DNA of 56,703 nucleotides. It comes from Cyanobacteria bacterium J06626_4. GTDB lineage: Bacteria; Cyanobacteriota; Cyanobacteriia; Phormidesmidales; Phormidesmidaceae. A model generated the notes under the pieces. It worked only from the letters and a program-made list of their open reading frames with translations. It was not told where the DNA came from and ran no database searches. The stretch lies in contig JBCBJQ010000028.1 of assembly GCA_038523235.1 (NCBI GenBank), positions 1 through 56,703 of the forward strand, written 5' to 3'. Positions 19,367-30,329 of this stretch are shown piece after piece. How positions within the stretch are numbered: position 1 is the first letter of the stretch; every line of letters starts with the position of its first letter. A program made the translations under genes and the position numbers.

Positions 19367-19897
19367 TTGAGCATGCGCAGTCGAAACCCGCGAAACGTTC
19401 CCCCCATCAATGAGAACATTCGTTTTCCGGAGATCCGTCTGATTAGCGATGACGGGGCCCAGCTCGGCATCATGCCGCCCCGTGAAGCGCTACAACTCGC
19501 CGCAGCCAAAGACCTAGACCTCGTGTTAGTCAGCGACAAGGCTACGCCACCGGTATGCCGCATTATCAACTACGGCAAATACAAATTCGAGCAGGAAAAG
19601 CGGGCTCGAGAGGCCCGCAAGCGACAGCATCACGTCGAAGTGAAGGAAGTCAAGATGCGCTACAAAATCGACGACCATGATTACAACGTGCGCGTTAAGA
19701 ATGCTCAACGGTTCCTCAAATCTGGCGACAAAGTGAAAGCCACGGTCATGTTTCGAGGCCGCGAGATTCAACATTCTGACCTAGCAGAAAAACTATTGCG
19801 CCGTATGGCTGGTGATTTAGCCGAATTTGCCGAAATGCAACAGGCGCCAAAGCGGGAAGGGCGCAATATGATGATGCTGTTATCGCCGAGAAAATAG
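19367..19897 (+). CDS. infC: Translation initiation factor IF-3
   Basis: [27 protein letters not shown] and GDKVK..FRGRE motifs; start uncertain (ATT 19358, TTG 19367 or ATG 19373). Confidence 0.97.
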   Translation: MSMRSRNPRNVPPINENIRFPEIRLISDDGAQLGIMPPREALQLAAAKDLDLVLVSDKATPPVCRIINYGKYKFEQEKRAREARKRQHHVEVKEVKMRYKIDDHDYNVRVKNAQRFLKSGDKVKATVMFRGREIQHSDLAEKLLRRMAGDLAEFAEMQQAPKREGRNMMMLLSPRK

Positions 19898-19947
19898 CCA
19901 TCTCAATGGTCACTAGGGCGATCGCTGCTCACAGTTCTCCCTAACCC

Positions 19948-22923
19948 ATGAAATCGAGTCGGATTGCATCTCCCCTAATTCCCGCTTGGCAACAGCGGCT
20001 GCTGCGCATTATCAATCTGCGGCCCAACGAGGCCGAGCGCACCTTATTGATGTTTGCCTTCTACACCGCCACCTCGATGGGGATTTTGTGGCTGGAAGTC
20101 AGCTCAGCGGCCCTATTTTTGGATGAATATGGCGCGTCTTCTTTGCCGTGGATTTACATTTTTAGCGCAGTGGTGGGGTTTGGCCTGAGCTTCGTCTATT
20201 CGTGGATGCAGCGATTTTTTTCCCTGCGGTGGGTGATTGTGCTCATTGCAGTGGTGATGGCCATTCCGGTTCTCCTGTTTCGTTGGGGGCTGGATGTGGA
20301 AGCCTTGCTACCCTTGACCGTTTTTGCCATGCGGTTGTGGATGGAGGCGATTTACGGCCTTAACGATCTCAACGTCTCGATTACCGCCAATCAGCTTTTC
20401 AACATTCGAGAAATCAAACGCACCTTTCCTCTGATTAGCAGCGGCAATTTGGTGGCCGATGTCTTGAGTGGCTTCTCGGTCTTACTGCTGGTTAACTTGG
20501 TCGGTCTGAAAAATGTGCTGCTGCTGTCGTTTTTGATCATGTTGGTGGGGGCGGGCATTCTGCTGTTGATCAGCCGCAACTACGAGCACGCGTTTCCTGA
20601 CTCACTGAAGCGGCAGGCAGAGGCGGGTGAAGATGCCCACAAAGCCCAGCGATCGCGTGACAAGATCAGCCAATACGTGGTGATGCTGTTCAGCTTTTTT
20701 GTGCTGGCGCAAATTTTGATGTATCTCATCGAGTTTGAATATCTCACCCAGCTTGAGGCCACGTTAGAAATCGATGAAATCGCCGCTTTTCTCGGCATTT
20801 TTAGCGGCCTGCTCGGCCTGATTGAACTGTTAACCCAATGGTTTACCTCCAGCCGCTTAATTGAGCGGCAGGGGGTATTTGCGGTGCTGTCCATCTTGCC
20901 TCTGGTCATTGTGGGCATCAGCATCATGACGATTGTTGGCAGCTACCCCATCTTTTTGGGGGCGATCGCGCTGTTCTTTGGTCTGGTCATTCTCAAATTT
21001 TTCGACGAGTGGCTGCGCTATACGTTGGTGGCGAGTACCCGACCGGTCCTGTTTCAACCCATTCCGGATAGTCAGCGCACCATCTTTCAATCTCTGGTGG
21101 GGGGCATTGCCGAGCCACTTTCCATGGGGGGCACGGGCATTTTTATTCTGCTGAGCATCGGCTGGGCCAACTGGTTAGGCTTCACCAGTCAGCAGTTGCA
21201 GACCCAGTTTTTCTTAATTGTGATCGTCTTCTTGGCGGTCGTGTGGTTAGGGGCAATTCTATTTTTGCGATCGCAGTATCTCGAACTGTTGGTCAAAAGT
21301 GCCCAGCGTGGCCTGCTCAGCATGACGGATGCGAGCCTACGGGTGCTGAAAAAAGCGTTCATCGAGCAGCTCGAAAAACCCGGCTCCGAGGCTGACAAGC
21401 GCTCCTGCATTGAGCTGCTGGGGCAGCTTGACCCCAAAGGCGTCGGTGAAGTGCTGGCGCCCCGCTTAACCGCCATACCCGCCCCGCTGCGACGGCAGAG
21501 CTTAGAGGCCATGCTGGCCTATCCCAATCGCGACCATACGCCCAATGTGCGCCAGCTGATTGAGACTGAACAGCCACCGGAAATTTTGGCCCTGTCGCTG
21601 CGCTATATCTGGCTCACCGACGATAGCCCCGACATCGACAAGCTGCAGGCCTATTTGAAACCCGAGATTGATCCTGTCGTACGGGGTACCGCCGCCTCGC
21701 TCATGCTGCGTCACGGCAACGCTCGCGAAAAAAACGAAGCCGTCAACACCCTGCGGCAGATGCTCACCCACGATCGCGAACGAGAGCGGGTGATGGGCTG
21801 TCGGGCCTTGGGCGAAGCCGACTATCTGCAGTCGCTGCGGCTCTACATTCCCAATCTGCTGCAGGATGAATCGCTGCGCGTGCGTCGCGCCTTGCTCGAA
21901 GCGATCGCCGCTACCCACCTGAAGGAGTATTACCCGTCGCTACTCAAGGCTCTGCAGTATAAATCAACCCGTGAGGCGGCCAGTCAGGCGCTGACGCGGC
22001 TCGGCAACGATGCCCTACCCCTGCTAGAGTCGGTGGCCCTCGATAGCTACAAGCCCGACAGTTTGCGTAATCAAGCCTGGCAGGCCATTGGCAACATTGG
22101 CACCGACAAAGCCATTGACTGTCTGCTGCAAAATCTGATGACCACCTGGGGCAGCACCCGCCGCACCCTATTGCGCATTCTGCTACGGCTGGTACAAGAA
22201 ACGGGCCTCAAGCGATCGCAGGGCATTGATGCGGCCCTCGATCGCTTTGGTCGTGACGGCGTCGAAGAACTGATCAACCAGGAACTCACCTTTATCGGTC
22301 AGATTTATGGCGGGCTGGTCGATCTCTCTGACGACACGCTGGTAGGCCGAGAAATTGGCCTGCTGCTGCGATCGCTCGAAGAATTACAGGGCGATGCGAT
22401 CGAACGCATTTTTATGCTGCTGCGCTTTATCTCACCCCCAGCAGCGATTCAAGCAGCTCAGGTGAGCTGGCAGGGAGGCACCGCCTCTAACCGGGCGCGC
22501 GGCATCGAGATTTTAGATAACACCCTCGACATTCCCAGCAAGCGGGCAATCTTGATCATTTTGGATCGCCGTTCCTGGCTGGAAAAAATTGAAGTTCTGG
22601 CGAACAGTAACCTGTTTGTCTATCAGTCGCTATCGGCCAGCGATCGCCTGCGCTATCTACTCGATCTGCGCTATTTCCTCTCCGACTGGGGATTGGCCTG
22701 CTGCTTTCATCTCGCCCGCGCTCAACGCTGGAGCCTCAGCGCCGAAAACACCGTGGCCTGCCTCAAACATCCCACCGGGTTTGTGCGCGAGGCCGTACTG
22801 TCGTATCTGCAGATTGCTTCGCCCCGCGTGCTGCGAGAACTCTTGCCCCTGATGCGCCAAGACCCCAACGATCTCGTCATGAATCAGGTTGAGCATTTGA
22901 TGGCCGAGCTGCAGATGATTTAG
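19948..22923 (+). CDS. Npt/NTT-like MFS transporter fused to HEAT repeats
   Basis: About 12 hydrophobic segments with FNIREIKRTFPLI, followed by HEAT repeats (LLQDESLRVRR). Confidence 0.85.
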   Translation: MKSSRIASPLIPAWQQRLLRIINLRPNEAERTLLMFAFYTATSMGILWLEVSSAALFLDEYGASSLPWIYIFSAVVGFGLSFVYSWMQRFFSLRWVIVLIAVVMAIPVLLFRWGLDVEALLPLTVFAMRLWMEAIYGLNDLNVSITANQLFNIREIKRTFPLISSGNLVADVLSGFSVLLLVNLVGLKNVLLLSFLIMLVGAGILLLISRNYEHAFPDSLKRQAEAGEDAHKAQRSRDKISQYVVMLFSFFVLAQILMYLIEFEYLTQLEATLEIDEIAAFLGIFSGLLGLIELLTQWFTSSRLIERQGVFAVLSILPLVIVGISIMTIVGSYPIFLGAIALFFGLVILKFFDEWLRYTLVASTRPVLFQPIPDSQRTIFQSLVGGIAEPLSMGGTGIFILLSIGWANWLGFTSQQLQTQFFLIVIVFLAVVWLGAILFLRSQYLELLVKSAQRGLLSMTDASLRVLKKAFIEQLEKPGSEADKRSCIELLGQLDPKGVGEVLAPRLTAIPAPLRRQSLEAMLAYPNRDHTPNVRQLIETEQPPEILALSLRYIWLTDDSPDIDKLQAYLKPEIDPVVRGTAASLMLRHGNAREKNEAVNTLRQMLTHDRERERVMGCRALGEADYLQSLRLYIPNLLQDESLRVRRALLEAIAATHLKEYYPSLLKALQYKSTREAASQALTRLGNDALPLLESVALDSYKPDSLRNQAWQAIGNIGTDKAIDCLLQNLMTTWGSTRRTLLRILLRLVQETGLKRSQGIDAALDRFGRDGVEELINQELTFIGQIYGGLVDLSDDTLVGREIGLLLRSLEELQGDAIERIFMLLRFISPPAAIQAAQVSWQGGTASNRARGIEILDNTLDIPSKRAILIILDRRSWLEKIEVLANSNLFVYQSLSASDRLRYLLDLRYFLSDWGLACCFHLARAQRWSLSAENTVACLKHPTGFVREAVLSYLQIASPRVLRELLPLMRQDPNDLVMNQVEHLMAELQMI

Positions 22924-23217
22924 TCGAGTCGTCCTGGGGCTGCTGCACTCAATCATCAATGGTCTCCTCTAAATCGCTGCCAGGCCTCGCACTTATCCGA
23001 CGGAATGATCAATGTTTCTCACTGCCAGCCCTGAGCCGCCCCCAATGATAAGTTGAGCGCGCTTCGGGAGCAGCACCGGTGGCGGCATGTCAGAGCATTC
23101 TGTCAGAGGGAAAAGAGATCGGCCCGACCCTGCACTGACAGGGCCGTGAGTCAACTCTTGAGTACTCTGGAACGGCTATGTCACAATGGACAGCATTACG
23201 CTTTAAGGAGCAAGGAC

Positions 23218-24771
23218 GTGCTGGAAGCAAAGGTTCATGAACAGTTGCGGGCTTTCCTGCGACATCATGGCAATGCCGACTGGCCTCACCATCTCACGAT
23301 GGCCCGCCTTGCCGCTCGAGCTTTGCGCTTGGGGCGGAGTTCCTTAATGCAGGTAGGAACCTCTGCCCTCTTTCAGGGGCACTATCGGCTCAGCTATCTG
23401 ATCTCGCTGCTGTTGTGGCCTGATCCAGCCGTGCTCGTATTACCGGAAACGCTCCGGCAGGCAGTGCTCTACGGCGACATCCCCCGATTGCAGGAATGGA
23501 TGCCGAGTCAAAAACCCGTGCACTGGGGTGATGCTTGGCCGGGCGAGCATTTCCAGGGATTATTCGTCACCAGTCCAGAAGCGTGGCTGAGCGATCGCCT
23601 CCACCAGCAAAATCGGTTTCCCGCCGGAGTGCCGGTGTTTGTCGATGGGGCCGACGACCTCGAACATTGGATTCGAGATCGCCTCACTATTACCCTCGAT
23701 GCCGACACCTGGCAAAGCCTGATGCAGGCTTACCCCCAACACCAGGCATTGATTCGCGATGCCCGTGTACAACTGACCCACAGTATTTTTCAACATCCGC
23801 CCAATCCTTACCACTGTCACCTGATCGAAGCGGCTGAGCGGCAAGCGCTCATGGCCATCCGTCAGGTGCTGTTAGACGACGATGCCGCACAGATCGGCAT
23901 GCCGCCCCGTTGGCAAGAGTTTTGGGCTCAGGTCGACCGGGTAGAGTCGTTGCAGTGGGCGTGGCTCAACCGCGATACCGGTCAATGGACCTTAAACTGT
24001 GCGCCAATTGATGTGGCCCCCTTTATCGCGCCCTGCTGGCAACAGCAACCCCTGGTGCTCATGGGTGGCGCTTTAGACACCACCTCCGAAGCCACCCAGT
24101 TTCGACAGCGGCTCGGGCTAGGCGATATGACCTGCCTCAAGTTCAACCCTGATCGCCAAACCGAAGAAATTCATTTATATCTGCCCGATCGCCTTCCCTT
24201 TCCCAACACCGCTGAGTTTCAGCCAGTACTGCTAGAAGAACTCGCCCACCTCGTCGTCGCTGGCACCAGCCGCGCCGGACTCACCGTCATACTGGTTGAT
24301 GACACCCCGTTGAAAAAGCAAGTCGCCACAGCACTGGCAGCGCAGTTTGGCTCACGCGTCCAGGTCGAAACTACCCATCTTTCTGAAACTGGCGTGCTGG
24401 TAACCGGGTGGCGCTTTTGGCAGGCTCATCAAACCCAATTGCCGCACCCCACGCTGCTCGCCATAGCCACCTTGCCCCTACCCTCCTTAGAAAATCCCCT
24501 CGTGGCAGGACGCGTCGCCTATTACAAGCGATCGCGGCAAGATTGGTTTCGCCTCTATCTGCTGCCTACGGCACTTACAGAGCTGCAGCGCGCGATCGCG
24601 CCGGCGCGAGCGAATCAGGGGATCGTGGCCATTTTAGATAACCGCGTCAACCACCGCAGCTATGGCCGCCAAATTTTAGAGACCCTCAACCCCGCGATTC
24701 GCTTTCACCAACGTCAGCGACTGTGGCTGTCAGAACCCACCGCCTTACCCCCCAGTCAGCATCGCTTTTAG
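23218..24771 (+). CDS. DinG-like helicase C-terminal domain protein (degenerate ATPase motifs)
   Basis: GTG start after AAGGAG; WPHHLTMARL, LPLPSLENP and ILDNRV..RSYG (helicase_C_2-like) motifs. Confidence 0.8.
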   Translation: MLEAKVHEQLRAFLRHHGNADWPHHLTMARLAARALRLGRSSLMQVGTSALFQGHYRLSYLISLLLWPDPAVLVLPETLRQAVLYGDIPRLQEWMPSQKPVHWGDAWPGEHFQGLFVTSPEAWLSDRLHQQNRFPAGVPVFVDGADDLEHWIRDRLTITLDADTWQSLMQAYPQHQALIRDARVQLTHSIFQHPPNPYHCHLIEAAERQALMAIRQVLLDDDAAQIGMPPRWQEFWAQVDRVESLQWAWLNRDTGQWTLNCAPIDVAPFIAPCWQQQPLVLMGGALDTTSEATQFRQRLGLGDMTCLKFNPDRQTEEIHLYLPDRLPFPNTAEFQPVLLEELAHLVVAGTSRAGLTVILVDDTPLKKQVATALAAQFGSRVQVETTHLSETGVLVTGWRFWQAHQTQLPHPTLLAIATLPLPSLENPLVAGRVAYYKRSRQDWFRLYLLPTALTELQRAIAPARANQGIVAILDNRVNHRSYGRQILETLNPAIRFHQRQRLWLSEPTALPPSQHRF

Positions 24772-24855
24772 AACAGGGTATGATGCAAAATAACCGGCGT
24801 CGCCTCCGCTGATGGGACAAGACATCGGTTGCTGACATTGCTCATAGGGTCTGTC

Positions 24856-25071
24856 ATGGGAGAAGCCAAACGCCGCAAAGAACAGCTGGGAGACGACTAC
24901 GGTAAGGATGAAAAAATCTTGCCCTGGATCCCACTGACGAAAGGACAGAGTGAAAAATTTGTCGCCTGGACCACTCAGGGAGCCTGGATTGGCATTTTTG
25001 CCATGGTGGCTCTCTGGCTCACTGTTCGATTTATCGGCCCCGGTTTTGGCTGGTGGGACGTTGAGTTCTAA
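24856..25071 (+). CDS. DUF2839 family membrane protein
   Basis: MGEAKRRK...GAWIGI...VRFIGPGFGWW pattern. Confidence 0.88.
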   Translation: MGEAKRRKEQLGDDYGKDEKILPWIPLTKGQSEKFVAWTTQGAWIGIFAMVALWLTVRFIGPGFGWWDVEF

Positions 25072-25084
25072 CTGGGCATCCGGG

Positions 25085-25300
25085 CTATCGCTGCGGCCGA
25101 CGATTGCGCGCCACCGTCATCAGTAACGCCGTTACCACTAGCCCCCCAGCAACGCCAAAGCTGAGCACGACGCCGACGGGGAGTTCAACCGAGCGCAGCC
25201 CCAAAAACTCAATCGCCACTGGGGTCGCATTCTGCACCGAGACAATCGCGATCACCATCACCCACAGCGCCAGTATCAAGGCTAAAAATAGTTGTTGCAT
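25085..25300 (-). CDS. LapA/DUF1049 family small membrane protein
   Basis: Two TM helices around SVQNATPVAIEFLG..SVELPVGVVL. Confidence 0.8.
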   Translation of the reverse strand: MQQLFLALILALWVMVIAIVSVQNATPVAIEFLGLRSVELPVGVVLSFGVAGGLVVTALLMTVARNRRPQR

Positions 25301-25506
25301 GGTGCCATCTCTCTGAAGCTATGGCTATTCTGCCACTGTTTGCTAGGGCGATCGTTGATTTCCGGGCGCTAGTCGTCAGTCGGTGAACCAGTGCCGCCGC
25401 TCAACTCGATCGTGGGGTCGATCACACTGACCAACATCGTGATTGAGGCTTGCCTTTCACGACTGCCATTGGGTAAAGTATTAGACCGGGCGTACGAAGG
25501 AAAATT

Positions 25507-25965
25507 ATGGCTAAACGAGTTCAAGTTGTCTTACAAGAAGACATTCGCAAATTAGGGATTTCGGGTGACTTGGTAGAAGTCGCCCCAGGCTATGCCCGCA
25601 ACTACTTATTTCCCAAGGGGTTAGCGGTGCGCACGACACCGGGCGTCCTCAAACAGGTGGAGCGGCGACGGGAAGAGATTCGCCAGCGTCTAGAGCAAAT
25701 CAAAGCCGATGCCGAGTCGATGAAGACCGCGCTAGAAACCATCGGCATGTTTGTGATTAAAAAGCCAGTCGGTGAAGAAGAGGCGATTTTTGGCACCGTC
25801 ACTGCGGCTGATGTGGCTGAAGCTATTCAAGCAGCTACGCAAAAAGAAGTGGATCGTCGCGACATTACCGTTCCCGACATCAACAAGCTGGGCGAATACC
25901 GCGCCACCATCAAGCTGCACGCTGAGGTGACCTCAACCATCAATATTCGGGTCGCCGCCGACTAG
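25507..25965 (+). CDS. rplI: 50S ribosomal protein L9
   Basis: LG..GDLVEVAPGYARNYLFP and IFGTVT motifs. Confidence 0.98.
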   Translation: MAKRVQVVLQEDIRKLGISGDLVEVAPGYARNYLFPKGLAVRTTPGVLKQVERRREEIRQRLEQIKADAESMKTALETIGMFVIKKPVGEEEAIFGTVTAADVAEAIQAATQKEVDRRDITVPDINKLGEYRATIKLHAEVTSTINIRVAAD

Positions 25966-25993
25966 AGCATTCTTCAGCGCCCAGCAATACCTC

Positions 25994-26032
25994 AACAGGC
26001 TAGGTCAGCTTCAGCACCTAGCCTGTTTTGTT
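25994..26032 (+). terminator. Rho-independent terminator of rplI
   Basis: AACAGGCTAGGT-N10-ACCTAGCCTGTT followed by a T-rich tract. Confidence 0.7.
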
Positions 26033-26313
26033 GTGTAAAGTTTATGCCGTCGCCCGGCACCGCCATCCATGAGGGCGATCGCGGCAGTTGGGGAATGCAT
26101 TTTCGAGCGGGGCAGCCCATCAACAACGCCGATCACGCCCTGTGTTAGGCCGCTTATTGATCTGCTGAAAGCCTCTCTGTAAGGGGATAGAGCCTTGCGA
26201 GTTAGAGGCTGACACACCGTTCTTCCTGGTTTCCCATCATTTGATTCGGGCAACCTTTGCTAGTAGGATGCAATGATGCATACCGCTTGTAAATCAATTT
26301 AGCTAAACGACCT

Positions 26314-27057
26314 GTGCGTAAGACTGTTATCGCCGGAAATTGGAAAATGCATAAAACCCAAGGGGACGCACTGACGTTTCTGCAAGGGTTTATGAGCCAG
26401 ATCGCAGAGACACCTGACGATCGCGAAGTCATTCTCTGCGTGCCTTTCACCACGCTCGGAGCATTGTCTAAAAACCTGCACGGCAGTCGAGTCATGCTCG
26501 GGGCGCAAAATGTCCATTGGGAAGATGACGGCGCTTATACCGGCGAGATCTCAGGCGACATGCTGGCTGAGATTGGTGTTCGTTACGTCATTGTGGGCCA
26601 CAGTGAGCGACGACAGTACTTTGGTGAAACCGATGAAACGGTGAACGAGCGACTCCTAGCCGCGCAACGGCATGGCTTAAGCCCAATTTTGTGCGTCGGC
26701 GAAACGAAAGAGCAGCGCGATTGCGGTGAAACCGCAACCATTATTAGCAAGCAACTGGCCCGAGATTTGGTGGGGGTGGATCAAAATAACTTAGTGATTG
26801 CCTACGAGCCGATTTGGGCCATTGGCACAGGCGATGTCTGTCAGTCAAGCGATGCTAACCATGTGATTGGCACGATGCGCCAGCAGCTTGACCAGCCTAA
26901 CGTCCCAATTCAGTACGGCGGCTCGGTCAAACCAGGCAACATTGACGAGATCATGGCACAACCCGAAATCGATGGCGTTCTGGTCGGCGGGGGGAGCCTG
27001 GAACCCGAAAGTTTTGGCCGCATTGTCAACTTCACGCGATCTAAGCTCGCCGTTTGA
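26314..27057 (+). CDS. tpiA: Triosephosphate isomerase
   Basis: [23 protein letters not shown] and YGGSV motifs. Confidence 0.98.
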   Translation: MRKTVIAGNWKMHKTQGDALTFLQGFMSQIAETPDDREVILCVPFTTLGALSKNLHGSRVMLGAQNVHWEDDGAYTGEISGDMLAEIGVRYVIVGHSERRQYFGETDETVNERLLAAQRHGLSPILCVGETKEQRDCGETATIISKQLARDLVGVDQNNLVIAYEPIWAIGTGDVCQSSDANHVIGTMRQQLDQPNVPIQYGGSVKPGNIDEIMAQPEIDGVLVGGGSLEPESFGRIVNFTRSKLAV

Positions 27058-27244
27058 GAGCGATCACCCGTCAGAAATCGACTTTCATTCAACCGTTTTA
27101 GGGTTCAGCAAACGTTGCTTGCCTGCACTCTATGGGAGACCCTTTAACCCTAAATTACTGGAGAAAAGCGGTCTCGCTTACTCCGTCTAAGACTGCCAAC
27201 GGCTGACTGGTGCGCTCAAAAACACCGCACCCTAACGAGCAATT

Positions 27245-28189
27245 TCAGGCGACAGCAGCGGTTACCTGTGTTTTAGTTTCTGGCGCTGCCAACACACTGC
27301 GTAAAAAAGCTCGCAACAGGCCAACTACGACGGCGGGAGCTTCCACGTGGGGCAGCACGCCGACCTCAGGCACCACATGCACCGCCCGAATCGCCTGTCG
27401 GTTGAGCGCCGCCAGTCGCTTGATTTTGCTGGGACGGTTAAATCGCGCTGATTCACCCACAACCAAGGTCGTCGACACCGTCAGCTGACCGATATAACGG
27501 GTCAGATCAAAACAGACATCGCCTTTGAGAGAAGACAATGCCGAATAATCCGCGTTGAGCTGCTGCGTGCAAGTTGTATAGGCATTCACGATTTCCGCCG
27601 TGATGCGATCAGGGTAGGCAAACAAAAAGTTGACAAGAAACTGAGTGACCGCTGCTTCGTTCGCGGCCCCCAATTGATAAACGAGGCGATCGATGACCGG
27701 CGTTCCAGCCAAGACAGCGGGCAAACTGTAGGCATAATCAGCACCAAAATCATCGTTACCAGATGGCGACACGAGAAATAGCGCTTTCAGCAGCTCGGGT
27801 CGCTTGATAGCCAACTGCACCACGACACCCGCCGTCAGTGAAGTAGCGGCCACCACTGCCGGCGCCTCCGCGATCTCTTCAATCAGGTAGGCAATCATCC
27901 CGCAGTAATCTTCAGCACTGTAGCTGCGTTGCGGATGCGCCGATTGCCCCCATCCCACCAAATCTGGTGCGATGATGCGATAGTCAGCAGCTAACGCACC
28001 ATACACTTTTGACCACTCATAAGCTGACGACCCGCCGCCCAAACTATGCAGGCAAATCAGCGTCCCTTGGTCAGGCGAACCGGGAGGGGTATCCCACAGG
28101 CCGCCAATGGCTTGGGTGTAATAGGCCATGATGCCCAGGGGCGTCTCGATGACTTTTTGCTCAAATCCAGGCGGTTGAAATGTCAGCAT
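27245..28189 (-). CDS. Alpha/beta fold hydrolase
   Basis: HSLGGG, APDLVGWGQS, nucleophile elbow ATSLT and LPHVE motifs. Confidence 0.88.
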   Translation of the reverse strand: MLTFQPPGFEQKVIETPLGIMAYYTQAIGGLWDTPPGSPDQGTLICLHSLGGGSSAYEWSKVYGALAADYRIIAPDLVGWGQSAHPQRSYSAEDYCGMIAYLIEEIAEAPAVVAATSLTAGVVVQLAIKRPELLKALFLVSPSGNDDFGADYAYSLPAVLAGTPVIDRLVYQLGAANEAAVTQFLVNFLFAYPDRITAEIVNAYTTCTQQLNADYSALSSLKGDVCFDLTRYIGQLTVSTTLVVGESARFNRPSKIKRLAALNRQAIRAVHVVPEVGVLPHVEAPAVVVGLLRAFLRSVLAAPETKTQVTAAVA

Positions 28190-28582
28190 GTTGCAGGGTT
28201 AAAGGCAGCCTTTTCTAGGCAATTGGACATAATTTTCAGACTTGCACCAGCAGCTTACCGCTGACTGTTGCACCATTTCTTTTGTTCATGGCCGAGCACT
28301 GGGGTCGCGTCAAATAGTCGATCGGGCATCCTCAAGCAAGCAACCTGAAATCCACAACCGCACTCTCAACCTTCGTCGAGACGCAGAGTCAATACATGGC
28401 ATTTCAACAAACAGCCTTTTTGACGGGCCTGAGAACTGGGTCATGCACCAACCGGTCGTATTGTCTCACCCTTTAATCCAGATTTTCTACAGGGCGGCTC
28501 CATTAGAAACTTACGGCTCATCTCATCATATGTTCAGAGCGATCGCCGAAGCTATTCCAGCACCCTGACCCAACAACCGCTC

Positions 28583-29059
28583 CTAAAGCCTGCAGCGCTC
28601 TTCACCACTGAAGGCCGCTAAACGAGCCTGACGCTCAGCCACCAACGTTTGCAGATCAGCCCGACCGGTTACCCGGAGTCGCCAATCAGCCCAGACATCG
28701 TAGAGCCAGTCAACCAGCGGCCCCACGACTGGCCAGCGGGTCGGCGCATACATCCAGCCAATGCCCAACAGGCTGTAAATGCGCCGAAAAACTTCGACGT
28801 TTTTGATCGCGGTACCGTCGGGCAATATCGCGTGAATGCGCCCCATGGCAGTCTCAAAATCAATGCCGCCGTGGTCAGCGGGCTGGTAGGCATCGTCGGC
28901 AATATCGACAAACTTGACTAACCCCCGACCCGCGTCTTTTTTCTGCAAAAAGTTAACTTCTCGGACACAAAGCGGGCAGTCACCATCGTAGAGCAGTTCA
29001 ATTTGCCAAGCCTGGTCGGAGGTGGCGGCGGCGAGATCGCGGGCAGGAGCAGACGTCAT
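28583..29059 (-). CDS. DCC1-like thiol-disulfide oxidoreductase (DUF393)
   Basis: LLYDGDCPLC and AMGRIHA motifs; ATG 29059 chosen. Confidence 0.9.
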   Translation of the reverse strand: MTSAPARDLAAATSDQAWQIELLYDGDCPLCVREVNFLQKKDAGRGLVKFVDIADDAYQPADHGGIDFETAMGRIHAILPDGTAIKNVEVFRRIYSLLGIGWMYAPTRWPVVGPLVDWLYDVWADWRLRVTGRADLQTLVAERQARLAAFSGEERCRL

Positions 29060-29263
29060 AGTTGAGAGGCAGGGCAATCAGCACCCTGAAAAGTGACAGC
29101 TATTAATTAGTTTAAGAAATATTTCTGTGTCCTGGGGCTGTCGCCCTGGATCAGTTGGCAGGCAGACTGCTCATGCTCGGCTACTGGGCGAATTGCCATC
29201 AACCGAGGGCCGTAGCGTGGGACACTGTCACTATTCGGCTCCAAGTGTGATCTGACGACTGCC

Positions 29264-30139
29264 ATGCCCATCCTCACGACAGAAGAAAACGCCGTAATTT
29301 TGCAAGCCGTCTTACAAGGGGGCCAGCAGGCTCGCCAAGCCGCCGCCGAAACGTTTGAGGTGTTCGAAAAAGGGTATGAAGACTACGTAACGACCGTAGA
29401 TCAAGCGTTAGATCGCTTTTTTGCCAAAACCTTTGCCGCCCAGTTTCCGGCCGACGGTGTCGTCACCGAAGAAAATCAGGCGTCGGCAGCCGCCTTTCTG
29501 AGCGGCTGCGATCGCACTTGGTTTATCGACCCGATTGATGGCACCGAAGATTTTATCAACCACGGTCAGCATTATTCGGTGATGGTGGGTCTATTGGCTC
29601 ATCATCACCCCCGTGCTGGGTGGGTTTATGCGCCAGCCCAACATCGGCTGTATTGGGGCGGGCATCAGTGGGGACTGTTTCAACAAGATGGCCAGGGGCA
29701 AACCGTGCCGCTAGAGCCGCAGCCGCAAGCGCTGGGAGAGAATCCCACGATGCTGCTGGGTGATCGCGACCAGCGCCATTTTGGGGCCGCGATCACCCAG
29801 CGTTTACCTCACCTCATTTTCAACTCTCTGGGGAGTTTTGGCCTCAAAGTTTTAGAAGTCATTAAGGGGCAGGCGGGCCTCTACGTCTATCTCAATGGCC
29901 GCGTCAAACTATGGGACACCACCGGGCCGTTGGCTCTCGCAGAGGCCGCTGGGCTCGTCTGCTGCGATCTCGACGGCCAGCCGATTCGCTTTGACCCCAA
30001 CAGTGTTTATCCACAAACCCTCATTCACCGCCAACCCATGATCATTGGCTGGCCCCCCTACGTCGAGCAGTATCGGCCAGCCCTGCGGGAGGCCGTAGTC
30101 GCCGTGCGATCGCAAGAGTTGGGGTTGGGTTCTCCGTAG
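29264..30139 (+). CDS. Inositol monophosphatase / CysQ-family phosphatase
   Basis: TEE, WFIDPIDGT and KLWDT motifs. Confidence 0.9.
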   Translation: MPILTTEENAVILQAVLQGGQQARQAAAETFEVFEKGYEDYVTTVDQALDRFFAKTFAAQFPADGVVTEENQASAAAFLSGCDRTWFIDPIDGTEDFINHGQHYSVMVGLLAHHHPRAGWVYAPAQHRLYWGGHQWGLFQQDGQGQTVPLEPQPQALGENPTMLLGDRDQRHFGAAITQRLPHLIFNSLGSFGLKVLEVIKGQAGLYVYLNGRVKLWDTTGPLALAEAAGLVCCDLDGQPIRFDPNSVYPQTLIHRQPMIIGWPPYVEQYRPALREAVVAVRSQELGLGSP

Positions 30140-30329
30140 CTAATGCCGTAAGCTAAAACGTCGGCGCTATCGCTATCTCTGCCTGGTTTGTGCAGAAATG
30201 ATGGATATTGACAAAGGTTTGTGGGTAGTATGAGTTCAGATTTTCAACCGTTCATCGGCAATTGCCGCAGGTTGAACAGCGTCCGCAACCGCTCTCATTT
30301 TTGCTCCTAGCCCCATCCCTGAAATTCCT

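Noticed and set aside
23161..23174. LexA box upstream of the DinG-like gene (AGTACTCTGGAACG)
   Set aside because: The second half-site does not fit DGTWCB on either strand
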